A stretch of DNA of 64,000 nucleotides from Chloroflexota bacterium. Its GTDB lineage: Bacteria; Chloroflexota; UBA11872. The stretch lies in assembly GCA_026707285.1 (NCBI GenBank), contig JAPOXD010000053.1, positions 5,344-69,343 on the forward strand, read 5' to 3'. How positions within the stretch are numbered: position 1 is the stretch's first letter; the number at the start of each line of letters is the position of its first letter. A model generated the notes under the pieces. The model worked only from the letters and a program-made list of their open reading frames with translations. It made no database searches and was not told the DNA's origin. This document shows, piece by piece, positions 19,244 to 28,122 of the stretch. The position numbers were made by a program, and so were the translations under genes.

Positions 19244-20137
19244 CTAGGCGCTCGCGGTCAGGAACTTCCGCAGCGTGCAACGCGTGGCTTCCGGCCGCTC
19301 GATCCACGGCTCGTGTCCGGCGCGGGCAATGGTGACGTGACAACCCGCCGGCAGCAGCGCGGCAAGCTGGGCCCGCGCCCATTGAGGGCGTGGGTCGCCT
19401 TCGCCGTCCAGGACCAGCGTGGGGACTGCAGTACGACGGACCTGCGCCCGCAGCTCCCCGGTTTCCTCGAGGCGATTCGCCTCGGCGCCGAGGGCGGCGT
19501 TGAGGGCGAAGTTGACGGGGAATCGGTCATGGCGGGGAGTCTGTTTGACCTGAGTCACGTCGAAATATTCGGTCCTGGCCAGCAGCTCGGAGCGCTCGGC
19601 GTTGATGCGCGCGAGGTCTGGTTCGGAAGCGATGGCTCGTCGCTCATCGAGGCGACGGAGACGCTCACGGTCGCTGGGTGACAGCTTGGCCGCTCGGTTC
19701 CGCCGGTACTCGGCGTGCCAGCCAGGGTCGACGCCGGTTCCGGAGATGTAGATGAGACCTGTGGCGCGCTCGGGGTGACGAATGGCATACATGAGGGCGA
19801 GGTCTGCGCCCCACGAGTGGCCCAAGACCGTCCACGCGTCGTAACCCCAGTGCACGCGGAGCGCTTCGAGGTCGGCCACGAAGGTGGCGATGTCGCCGGG
19901 CGGCGCGTCCTGGGACCTTCCGCACCCGCGCTGGTCGTAGCGGTGAACGGTGGCGAGGTCGTCGACCATGGCGGCGACAGGTTCGAGGTAGTCGTAGAGG
20001 CCCGGACCGCCGTGACAAAGCACAACAGGCGGTCCGCTTCCCTGGGTTGCGGTCCACAGGGACACGCCGTTTGCGATGACGTGCCGTTCGGATGCATTCG
20101 GTGGAGTCTCGTCCGTCACATGGTGGTCACTTGGCAA
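19244..20137 (-). CDS. Alpha/beta hydrolase (proline iminopeptidase-like)
   Basis: HGGPG, DQRGCGRS, GHSWG nucleophile elbow, AGHEPW. Confidence 0.88.
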   Translation of the reverse strand: MPSDHHVTDETPPNASERHVIANGVSLWTATQGSGPPVVLCHGGPGLYDYLEPVAAMVDDLATVHRYDQRGCGRSQDAPPGDIATFVADLEALRVHWGYDAWTVLGHSWGADLALMYAIRHPERATGLIYISGTGVDPGWHAEYRRNRAAKLSPSDRERLRRLDERRAIASEPDLARINAERSELLARTEYFDVTQVKQTPRHDRFPVNFALNAALGAEANRLEETGELRAQVRRTAVPTLVLDGEGDPRPQWARAQLAALLPAGCHVTIARAGHEPWIERPEATRCTLRKFLTASA

Positions 20138-20144
20138 GGCCCGA

Positions 20145-20585
20145 TCAGTGTTCTCCGCGCGTCACTGGCTCCAGCCGATCGCCCACGATCCGGCGGTAGT
20201 AGCAGCTGTGCCGCGCCTCCCCGTCCTCCAGGGTGTGACAGACGCCGCCCCGGCGCAGGCGGACGAGATACAGGAGCGAGTTCTGCTCGCAGTTCACGCG
20301 CACGTCGACGATGTCCAGCTGGTTGCCGGACGTTTCGCCCTTGATCCACAGGCGGTCTCGCGAAAGGCTCCAAAACGCCGCCACGCCCTCGCGCAGGGTG
20401 TACTCAAGGGCGGCCTGGTTCACGTGCGCCAGCACCAGCACGTCGTGGGAGTCGACATCCTGGGCCACGACCGGCAGCACCCCGTGGCCGCTGGCGGAGA
20501 AGAACCGCTCGAAATCGAGGGCGATGTCGCAGCCTTCTTCCAGCTCCTCGGCGCTGTCGAGCTCGCGTGGGTGCTTCCAGGCCAT
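20145..20585 (-). CDS. hisI: Phosphoribosyl-AMP cyclohydrolase
   Basis: FWSLSRDRLWIKGETSGN, NCEQNSLL, CHT...SCYYR; ATG 20585 preceded by GGAGGAG. Confidence 0.88.
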   Translation of the reverse strand: MAWKHPRELDSAEELEEGCDIALDFERFFSASGHGVLPVVAQDVDSHDVLVLAHVNQAALEYTLREGVAAFWSLSRDRLWIKGETSGNQLDIVDVRVNCEQNSLLYLVRLRRGGVCHTLEDGEARHSCYYRRIVGDRLEPVTRGEH

Positions 20586-20710
20586 CAGGCTCCTCCGGTG
20601 AATCTGATTGTGCTGAGTCTCCCGTGCGCGGGGCTCACTGCAGCGGGGCGGCAGGCGCCCATGAAACACCGCCAGGGTCCACGGAGATCTGGAGCCTAGC
20701 CGCCCGCTCG

Positions 20711-20786
20711 TAGTATGCTTTGTCACCACCCCTATCGATTCGACGGTAGGGTCGAGACCGTCCTCCGGGGCGGTCTCTGTCTTTGT
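20711..20786 (+). ncRNA. Putative two-hairpin structured leader upstream of the NYN gene
   Basis: TAGTAT -10-like box, ACCACCCC, hairpin CCCTATCG/CGGTAGGG, hairpin GAGACCGTCC/GGGCGGTCTC with T-rich tail; same layout at 49791-49870 (-). Confidence 0.5.
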
Positions 20787-20799
20787 ATGGGGGAAGAGA

Positions 20800-21429
20800 T
20801 TGATAACGAACCTGTACATCGACGGCTTCAATCTCTACTACCGCGCCCTCAAGGACACGCCCTTCAGGTGGCTCGACCTGCGGCAGCTGGCCGAGACGCT
20901 CTTCCCAAGGGATTCGATCAACCGGGTCTGCTACTTCACGGCCCGTCTGGACGTGCGCCCCGGCAACCCTGGACAAGCCCAGCGCCAGCTCATCTACCTG
21001 AGAGCGCTGGCGACGCTGCCGGGCTTCGATGCCTACTACGGAGTCTTCCGGTCCGGAGTCAAACGTCGCCCACTCGTGGAGCCCGTGGTGGGGCTACCGT
21101 CTCATGTCCTGGTCAGAGACTCCGAGGAGAAGGGGTCTGACGTGAATCTCGCTACCCGCCTCCTGGTGGACGGATTCAACGCGGAGTACGAACAGGCTGT
21201 GGTCATCTCAAACGACGCGGATTTCTCCGGGGCCATTCGATACGTGCGTGACGACCTGGGCCTTCGAGTCACGCTCGTCAATCCAGACTCCAAAAGTGCA
21301 AGTCCGAGGGAGTTGGCCAATGCCGCCACATACGTTAGACGCCTCTGGAAGAGCCATCTGCGACGGAGCCAGTTTCCGGACACACTGAGGGATGAGGTCG
21401 GGATAATCACCAAGCCGGCGGGGTGGTGA
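20800..21429 (+). CDS. NYN domain (LabA/DUF88, PIN-like) nuclease
   Basis: LYIDGFNLYY, EEKGSDVNLA, ISNDADF. Confidence 0.9.
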   Translation: MITNLYIDGFNLYYRALKDTPFRWLDLRQLAETLFPRDSINRVCYFTARLDVRPGNPGQAQRQLIYLRALATLPGFDAYYGVFRSGVKRRPLVEPVVGLPSHVLVRDSEEKGSDVNLATRLLVDGFNAEYEQAVVISNDADFSGAIRYVRDDLGLRVTLVNPDSKSASPRELANAATYVRRLWKSHLRRSQFPDTLRDEVGIITKPAGW

Positions 21430-21496
21430 CAGTCGGCGATAGCAAGCAGGAATTCATGCTTGTAGTGAACAATAGGACCGGTTCGAGGGACGCACT

Positions 21497-23455
21497 ATGA
21501 ACGCCGTCGTCACCGACACCCGCCGCACGCCCGGGGTCACGGTCCAGCCGGTGCCGATCGGGGCCGTGTGGATCGGTGACGGATTCTGGCGCGGGTGGCT
21601 CGACCGGCTCTACGACGTCACGCTGCCCGCGCAGCACGCGCAGTGCGAGGCCACCGGACGCCTGGACAACATCCGGCGTGTTTCGGGCCGCGTGGATGCG
21701 CCGTTTCGGGGGCGCTACTACGACGAATCCGACGTTTACAAGTGGCTCGAGGCCGCCAGTTGGGCGCTGGCGGGGCGGGAAGATCGGCGGCTGCGAGCGC
21801 AGGTGGACGCGCTGGTCGACGACATCGCCGCCGCCCAGCAGCCGGACGGCTATCTCCACACGTACTTCGCCCTGGAGCGGGCCGACCAGCGCTATACCGA
21901 TCTCATCAACAAGCACGAGCTCTACTGCGCCGGGCACCTGATCCAGGCGGGCATCGCCCACCACCGCGCGACGGGCGCGGAGACGCTGCTGCACGTGGCC
22001 GTGCGGCTGGCCGATCACATCCGCGCCGAGTTCGGTCCGGATGCCCGTGAAACGGCGGACGGGCATCCCGAGATCGAGCTGGCGCTGGTCGAGCTGGCGC
22101 GCGAGACCGGTCAGCGCGTCTACGCCGAGCAGGCACGGTTCTTTCTTGAGCAGCGCGGTCGGCAGCCGCCGCGGCTGGGCGGATATCGCTATCTCCAAGA
22201 CCACGAGCCGGCGGCCGAGCAGCAGGAGATCGCGGGACACGCCGTGCGAGCGGTCTACCTGGCGTGCGGGCTGGCCGACGCCGGATTGGAGCTCGAGGAC
22301 GGCGCGATGTGGGAGGCGGCGGAGCGGCTCTGGCGCAGCGCCTACGAGACGAAGGTCTACGTCACCGGCGGCCTGGGAGCGCACTGGGCCGGCGAGTCGT
22401 TCGGCGACGCCTTCGACCTGCCCAACCGCAACTCGTATGCGGAGTCGTGCGCCGCCGTGGCCGGCGTGATGTGGAATTGGCGTCTGCTCGCCGGTACGGG
22501 CGAGGCGCGCTACGCGGACTGGATGGAGACGACGCTCTACAACGGCATGTTGGCCGGGCTGTCGCTCGACGGGCAACACTACTTCTATCCCAACCCACTG
22601 AGCGCGTCGGCGGGGCATGCCCGGGTGGAGTGGTTCGAGTGCGCCTGCTGCCCGCCGAATCTGGCGCGCCTGCTCGCCAGCCTGCCGGGCTACCTCTACG
22701 GCGTGTCCGAGCGCGCGCTGTGGGTGCACCAGTTCATGGCGGGCCGGGTGGATGCCGACGTGCCGGGCGCGGGCCGTCTGTCGCTGGAGGTGGATACGGA
22801 CTATCCATGGGCGGGCGAGATCAGGCTCGCCGTGCGCCACGCGCCGGAGGATCCGGTGGAGCTGCGGCTGCGCGTGCCCGGGTGGTGTGACGCCGCGAGC
22901 GTCGAGGCAGTCCCCGCCAACTCGAGTCCGGCTCCCTCTCCCCTCGAGGGAGAGGGTTGGGGTGAGGGGGTCCCGCGGCACGCCCGCGACCTTCCCGCCG
23001 GTGCATACACCGCGCTGCACCGCGTCTGGTCACCGGGCGACCAGATCACGCTGCGGCTGCCCATGCCGCCGCGTCGCCTGGTGAGCGACCCGCGCGTGAC
23101 GGCCAACGTCGGTCGCGTGGCCCTGGCCCGCGGCCCCCTGGTCTATTGCGTCGAATCCCACGACCGCCCGGGACTGGAGCAGGACGCCTTCGCGCTGCCC
23201 GACGACGCGGCGGTCGCCAGCGGGCCGGTCGACGAGCGACTGCCGGGGATGACGCTGCTGGACACTACGGCCGTCCCGCTGCCGGGGACGCCCGAGCGCG
23301 GTGCGCTCTATCAGTCGGTGTCGGGCGATGGCCGGGCGCACGGCGCGGCCACGGATCGGGTGGCCATCCGCGCTATTCCCTACTTCGCCTGGGCCAATCG
23401 GGGGCCGAGCACCATGGACGTGTGGCTGCGCCGGTGGGAGGCCGCATCGGGCTAG
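21497..23455 (+). CDS. Glycoside hydrolase family 127 (beta-L-arabinofuranosidase-like)
   Basis: DVYKWLEA, HELYCAGHL, GHAVRAVYL, YAESCA, CACCPPN, IPYFAWANRG. Confidence 0.93.
   Translation: MNAVVTDTRRTPGVTVQPVPIGAVWIGDGFWRGWLDRLYDVTLPAQHAQCEATGRLDNIRRVSGRVDAPFRGRYYDESDVYKWLEAASWALAGREDRRLRAQVDALVDDIAAAQQPDGYLHTYFALERADQRYTDLINKHELYCAGHLIQAGIAHHRATGAETLLHVAVRLADHIRAEFGPDARETADGHPEIELALVELARETGQRVYAEQARFFLEQRGRQPPRLGGYRYLQDHEPAAEQQEIAGHAVRAVYLACGLADAGLELEDGAMWEAAERLWRSAYETKVYVTGGLGAHWAGESFGDAFDLPNRNSYAESCAAVAGVMWNWRLLAGTGEARYADWMETTLYNGMLAGLSLDGQHYFYPNPLSASAGHARVEWFECACCPPNLARLLASLPGYLYGVSERALWVHQFMAGRVDADVPGAGRLSLEVDTDYPWAGEIRLAVRHAPEDPVELRLRVPGWCDAASVEAVPANSSPAPSPLEGEGWGEGVPRHARDLPAGAYTALHRVWSPGDQITLRLPMPPRRLVSDPRVTANVGRVALARGPLVYCVESHDRPGLEQDAFALPDDAAVASGPVDERLPGMTLLDTTAVPLPGTPERGALYQSVSGDGRAHGAATDRVAIRAIPYFAWANRGPSTMDVWLRRWEAASG
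22926..22968. repeat. Palindromic repeat (CCCTCACCC..AACCCTCTCCC family) inserted in-frame in the GH127 gene
   Basis: Reverse complement matches the intergenic copy at 55666-55708; translates as SPAPSPLEGEGWGEG. Confidence 0.8.
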
Positions 23456-23542
23456 GGATCGGCCCGCGAACCCAATGGTCGAGGCGGAAACTCGGGCCGG
23501 GAGAGACTTGAGGGGTCATGACAGCCGGCGGCGTCCGGTGGC

Positions 23543-24307
23543 ATGCTGCGGCGGATGTCGCCGTCCACCGATTTGCGCGTCTGCTTCGTCATTCCCACCT
23601 ACAACGAGGCAGCCAACATCACGCCGCTGCTCGAGCGGCTGACCGCGTTGCACCCCGACGATGACACCGCAGTGCTGATCGTGGACGACCGCAGCCCGGA
23701 CGGTACCGGTGAACTGGTGCGGGCGTTTGCCGCAGGCGATCCCCGCGTCCATCTCCTGGAGGGTCCGCGGCGCGGATTGGGCCACGCCTACGTGCGGGGC
23801 ATGCGCCACGCGCTGGATGAACTCGGGGCAGAAGCGATCGTGGTCATGGATGCCGATCACTCGCACGATCCCGCCGACGCCCACCGCCTGCTCGATCGTC
23901 TTTCGGCCGGCGTCGACGTGGTGATCGGCAGTCGCTATGTGACCGGAGGAGGCATTGACGAACGCTGGAGCCTGCGCCGTCGGCTGCTGTCGGCATGGGG
24001 CAACCAGTTGACGCGCTGGGTGGCCGGCCTGCGGCACGTGCACGACTGCACGGCGGGCTATCGGGCCATTCGCGCCGCGGCGCTGCGGGCGGCCGATGTC
24101 GGCGGCGTCAGCGCGCGCGGCTACGCCTTCAACGTCGTGCTGCTGCACCGGCTGAGCCGCAGCGGCGCGCGCGTCGTCGAGGAACCGGTCTTTTTCCGCG
24201 AGCGCGATCACGGACGGACCAAGCTGGGCCTGCGGGACATCGCCGAATACCTGCTCGTCATCTGGCGGCTGCGACTGGCCGACGTTTTCCGCCCGCGACA
24301 GGCGTGA
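23543..24307 (+). CDS. GT2 polyprenol-phosphate mannose synthase-like glycosyltransferase
   Basis: IPTYNEAAN, VDDRSPDGT, MDADHSH, IGSRY, DCTAGYR. Confidence 0.9.
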   Translation: MLRRMSPSTDLRVCFVIPTYNEAANITPLLERLTALHPDDDTAVLIVDDRSPDGTGELVRAFAAGDPRVHLLEGPRRGLGHAYVRGMRHALDELGAEAIVVMDADHSHDPADAHRLLDRLSAGVDVVIGSRYVTGGGIDERWSLRRRLLSAWGNQLTRWVAGLRHVHDCTAGYRAIRAAALRAADVGGVSARGYAFNVVLLHRLSRSGARVVEEPVFFRERDHGRTKLGLRDIAEYLLVIWRLRLADVFRPRQA

Positions 24308-24380
24308 GAAACGCGCTCGGCAGCTAGCACCGCGCGTCGCGAGCGTCATTTCCAGATCGCTGCGGGATTACCAAATAGCC

Positions 24381-24410
24381 TTGGAAGTTACTATTGTAAC
24401 GCACTAGGAT
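24381..24410 (+). promoter_or_regulatory. Putative promoter of the packaging module with palindromic operator
   Basis: TTGGAA-18bp-TAGGAT with GTTACTATTGTAAC (24387-24400) in the spacer; AT-rich patch in GC-rich DNA. Confidence 0.65.
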
Positions 24411-24471
24411 AGGGGCTGTAGCACGACGGCGCGCGCTATGCGCACGGCGCCAATGACACCGGGAGGCCCCT

Positions 24472-26154
24472 TTGTCCGAGCTTCGCCCCGACGCGTTGCC
24501 CCCACCGTCCGAGTCTTATGTACAAGAGCTGGAGCAGCACCTGCTGACGGAGTTCGGCGGGCGCAATGCTCGCATCGAGCGGCTGCGGCGGCTGCGGTTC
24601 ATGGAAGAGCCGGTGGATATTCCGGCGGCCTACCGGGCCACCACGCGCGAGGTGCGGACGCCGCTGGCGCGGGAGCAGCTCAAGCGCGTCGTGGGCAGCC
24701 TCACCGCCAACCACCCGACCATCAGCGTGCCGCCGGCCGATCAGACGCCGGAGAGCCGGGCCAACGCCTCGCGCCGCGAGCGCTGGACGGCCGCGGCCCT
24801 GCGGCGCATGAAGAACGACGCCGGACGCGACATCTTCGGCATGTTCGTGGACGCGCTGGTGGCGGACGGCACCGGCGTGATGAAGCTGGTCTACGTGCCC
24901 GAGCGCTGGACGGGCTATCCGCGCCGCGGCGACGGCGGTCCCGAGACCGACTCGAGCTTCAACGAGCGGTCGACCCGGTTCAAGCGATCCGCGCCGTTCC
25001 CGCTGGCCTGGCGCGACGTGGACGTGCTGACCTTCTTCCCCCTGATCGGCGACGACGGCATCGAGGCCTGCCTCGAGATCTCCGAGCGCCCCAAGTGGCT
25101 CATGATGCGGCGCTACGGCCTGGTCGAAGACCGCCGGTCGGGCCGTCTCGCGCCGGCGGGACGCGCGGCGGCGAGCGAAGGTCCCGCGGCCGTCGGCGGC
25201 AGCGTGCGCGTGATCGAATACTGGGACCGCGAGCACTTCGCCTATTTGGTTGACGGCCACCTGGTGCGGCGCGGTCGCCACGCCTACGGCGCGGTGCCCT
25301 ACGTGATGGCGCACGGCAACCAGTCGCCCAGCCGCGACCCGGCCAAGGCCGGCGAGTCGATGCTCGCGTCGGTGGAGTATCTCGTGCCGCTCCTCGACCG
25401 CCTGCTCACCATGAAGCAGAACGCGGTGCACCTCTACGCGTATCCGACGCCCAAGCTCACCGGCTTCGCCGGCAGCGACGGCGCGCTGGGCGAGGACGGC
25501 CGTCCGCCGCCGATCGAGTTCCGGCCGGGCGAGATTCTGCCGCTGTTTCCCGGCGAAGACCTGAGCCTGCTGCAGTGGTCGGGCACGCCGCCCGATCTGG
25601 ACGAGCTGATCGCCCTCACGCGCTCGATGATCGACCAGGCCGGTGTGCCCACGGTGCTGTTCGGCATCGCGCCCGACGGCAACACCAGCGGCTACTACCT
25701 GAACCAGCTGATCAACGCGGCGCGGCTTTCGTTCAACCAGATCACGCGGCACGCCGAGCAGGCGCTGGAGCGCATCGTGCAGCTGGCCTGGCGCCTGGTC
25801 GAGCACCGGGTGCGGGAGACGGTCTACGTCTACGGCGATGAGGACGCCGCGTGGCTGGGCCTGTCGCCGCGCGACGTCAACGGCTACTACGCGGTGCGCG
25901 CCAAGCTGGAGGCCCTGGCCCCGGCGGATGAGATTGCCCAGGGCACCTACGCCGCCAACCTGGTGGCGGCCAAGCTGGCGTCGCGGCGCTGGGCCATGCA
26001 GGAGAAGCTGGGCATCGCCAACGCGGCGGAGATGCAGGCGGAGATCCTGCGCGAGGAGATGCTGGACGACCCGGAGGTCCGGCGCGAGCTGTGGCGTCGC
26101 GATGGCGGCGCGGCGGCGGATATGGACCGTGCGGCAGAGAAGGCGGCATCGTGA
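24472..26154 (+). CDS. Phage-type portal protein (podovirus-like)
   Basis: 560 aa; DALVADGTGVMKL, VIEYWD, HAYGAVPY, TSGYYLNQL patterns recall podoviral portals; adjacent to terminase; GGAGG RBS before TTG. Confidence 0.75.
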   Translation: MSELRPDALPPPSESYVQELEQHLLTEFGGRNARIERLRRLRFMEEPVDIPAAYRATTREVRTPLAREQLKRVVGSLTANHPTISVPPADQTPESRANASRRERWTAAALRRMKNDAGRDIFGMFVDALVADGTGVMKLVYVPERWTGYPRRGDGGPETDSSFNERSTRFKRSAPFPLAWRDVDVLTFFPLIGDDGIEACLEISERPKWLMMRRYGLVEDRRSGRLAPAGRAAASEGPAAVGGSVRVIEYWDREHFAYLVDGHLVRRGRHAYGAVPYVMAHGNQSPSRDPAKAGESMLASVEYLVPLLDRLLTMKQNAVHLYAYPTPKLTGFAGSDGALGEDGRPPPIEFRPGEILPLFPGEDLSLLQWSGTPPDLDELIALTRSMIDQAGVPTVLFGIAPDGNTSGYYLNQLINAARLSFNQITRHAEQALERIVQLAWRLVEHRVRETVYVYGDEDAAWLGLSPRDVNGYYAVRAKLEALAPADEIAQGTYAANLVAAKLASRRWAMQEKLGIANAAEMQAEILREEMLDDPEVRRELWRRDGGAAADMDRAAEKAAS

Positions 26155-26387
26155 CGGCGGCGAGACGGCGGCCGTCGCCGCACGACTTTCCGGCCCGCTT
26201 TCGCACGCTGGCCGAAGAGCACACGGACGAGATCTGTGACGCCGTCATCGCGAAGGCGCGCAAGGGCGAGCGCTGGGCCACCGAGCTGGTGATGCAGTAC
26301 GCCTTCGACCGCTCGGCCGAGGCGTCCGAGGACGCGCTCGTGAACCTGTTGGAGGAGATTCGCGCCCGCCTCGCGCACAGCGCGTGA
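26151..26387 (+). CDS. Putative terminase small subunit-like protein
   Basis: GTG overlaps the portal stop (GTGA); helical VIAKARKGERWATELVMQYAFDR motif; lies directly before terL. Confidence 0.5.
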   Translation: MTAARRRPSPHDFPARFRTLAEEHTDEICDAVIAKARKGERWATELVMQYAFDRSAEASEDALVNLLEEIRARLAHSA

Positions 26388-26391
26388 GGCG

Positions 26392-27663
26392 CTGTGGCGG
26401 CGCGTCGGCTACGCGCCCAGTTCCGAGCAGCGGCAGGCGCACGACTCGCCCGCGCGCATTCGCCTGATCGCCGGCGGTGAGCGCGCCGGCAAGAGCCGCA
26501 GCGCCGCCATGGAGCTATTCGGCCGCTGCCTGGAAGGCCGGCTCTACTGGCTGGTGGGCCCGGACTACGAGCTCTGCCGGCCCGAGTTCCGGTACCTGGC
26601 CGAGGCGTTCGGGGCCATCGGGGCCGTCGACAGCCTGAGCTTTCCCAGCTCGGAGCAGTGCCGGCTGACGCTGCGCACCGGGGCGCGGATCGTGACCAAG
26701 TCGGCCCGCGATCCGGCGCGGCTGGCCGGCGAGGCGCCCGATGGGATCCTGGGCTGCGAGGCGGCCCAGCTGCCGTTTGAGGTCTACTTGCGCCTGCGGG
26801 GCCGCGTGGCGGAGCGCCGGGGCTGGCTCTGGCTGAGCGGCACCTTCGAGGGCTCGCGCGGTTGGTACGCCGACCACTTCAGCGCCTGGCAGGTGGTGAA
26901 CGCCGACGGCGCGGCGTCGTTCTCCATCCCCACCTGGTCCAACCGGACGTTGTTTCCGGGCGGGCGCGCGGACGCCGAGATTGAGGCGCTCGAAGCGACC
27001 TATCCGGCGGCGGTGTTTCGGGAGCGGTTCGGCGGCGTGCCCTGCCCGCCCGCGACGCTGGTGTTTCCCGAGTTCGAGCCGGCGCGGCACGTCGCCGCGG
27101 TCGACCCGGCCACCGTCGAAACTGTCGAGCTTGCCATCGACCCGGGTTACGCCGGCGCGTATGCCGTGCTCGCGGTAACCGAGGCGGCCGGCGTGGCGCG
27201 GGTGATCGACGAGGTCTACCACCGCCGCATGGTTGCCGCCGAAGTCATCGCCGAGTGCCGACGGCGCTGGTGGTGGCCGCGCGTGAGCGGCGGGGTGATC
27301 GACGTCGCCGGACGTCAGCACCACGCCAGCGCCAGCCAGGTCGAGATCTGGCAGGCCCTGGCGGGGTTGCGGCTGCGGTCCCGCCCGGTGCGGATCCAGG
27401 ACGGCATCGATCGGCTGCGCACGTTTCTGCGCGACCCGGCCAGCGGCGAGCCGCGGCTGGTTCTGGCGCCGGCCTGCCGCGCGCTGATGCAGGAATTTGG
27501 CAGCTACCGCTACCACGAAGCGCGGGACGACCGCCCGATTTCGGAGCTGCCGATCGACCGCGACAACCACGCCATCAAGGCGCTGGCCTACTGGCTCTAC
27601 GACCGCTTCGGCCCGGTCGCGCGGCCCCCGCGGTCGTACCGGCCGTTCGCGCTGGTGCGATAG
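26392..27663 (+). CDS. Phage terminase large subunit (no canonical start upstream of Walker A)
   Basis: In-frame Walker A GGERAGKS at 26473-26496 lies upstream of ATG 26509; Walker B-like GILGCEAAQ; RNase H-like LAIDPG, VIDVAG, DRDNHAIKAL. Start given is CTG 26392 (tentative). Confidence 0.85.
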   Translation: MWRRVGYAPSSEQRQAHDSPARIRLIAGGERAGKSRSAAMELFGRCLEGRLYWLVGPDYELCRPEFRYLAEAFGAIGAVDSLSFPSSEQCRLTLRTGARIVTKSARDPARLAGEAPDGILGCEAAQLPFEVYLRLRGRVAERRGWLWLSGTFEGSRGWYADHFSAWQVVNADGAASFSIPTWSNRTLFPGGRADAEIEALEATYPAAVFRERFGGVPCPPATLVFPEFEPARHVAAVDPATVETVELAIDPGYAGAYAVLAVTEAAGVARVIDEVYHRRMVAAEVIAECRRRWWWPRVSGGVIDVAGRQHHASASQVEIWQALAGLRLRSRPVRIQDGIDRLRTFLRDPASGEPRLVLAPACRALMQEFGSYRYHEARDDRPISELPIDRDNHAIKALAYWLYDRFGPVARPPRSYRPFALVR

Positions 27664-27745
27664 CGGCGCCGGCGCAGGGAATCCTGTTTCAGCGCTGTCC
27701 GCTGCTACGATTCGACGCCAGCGCGCGCCGCGGCGAGGGGTCGGG

Positions 27746-28102
27746 ATGGCGAATAACCCGCGTGAGACGAACGAGCTCTCGCTCAAGCTCGACTGGTCGG
27801 GCTTCGAGGAGCTGTCGGTCCACTTTGTGAACCGGTTTGCCGTGCAGCACGACGCGCAGGCCAACGAGTTCTATCTCAACGTCGGCGCGGTGTCGCCGCC
27901 GCTGCTCATGGGGTCCGACGCGGACGTCATGGCCGCCGCCGCCAAGCTGCGGGAACGCGGCACGGTTCCGGTGCATCCGGTGGCCCGCCTGGCCCTGACC
28001 CCGGAGCGCGTGCTCGAGCTGATCCGCGCGTTGCAGACGAACTACCGCAACTATCAGGAGACCCAGGCGCGGCGCCAGGCCGACGCCGACGCTACCGAGT
28101 GA
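27746..28102 (+). CDS. DUF3467-like small protein
   Basis: FVNRFAV...EFYLNVG...VARLALTPERVLELIRAL pattern; ATG 27746 after GAGGGG. Confidence 0.55.
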   Translation: MANNPRETNELSLKLDWSGFEELSVHFVNRFAVQHDAQANEFYLNVGAVSPPLLMGSDADVMAAAAKLRERGTVPVHPVARLALTPERVLELIRALQTNYRNYQETQARRQADADATE

Positions 28103-28122
28103 GCGCCCTCGGGCGGCCGGCC

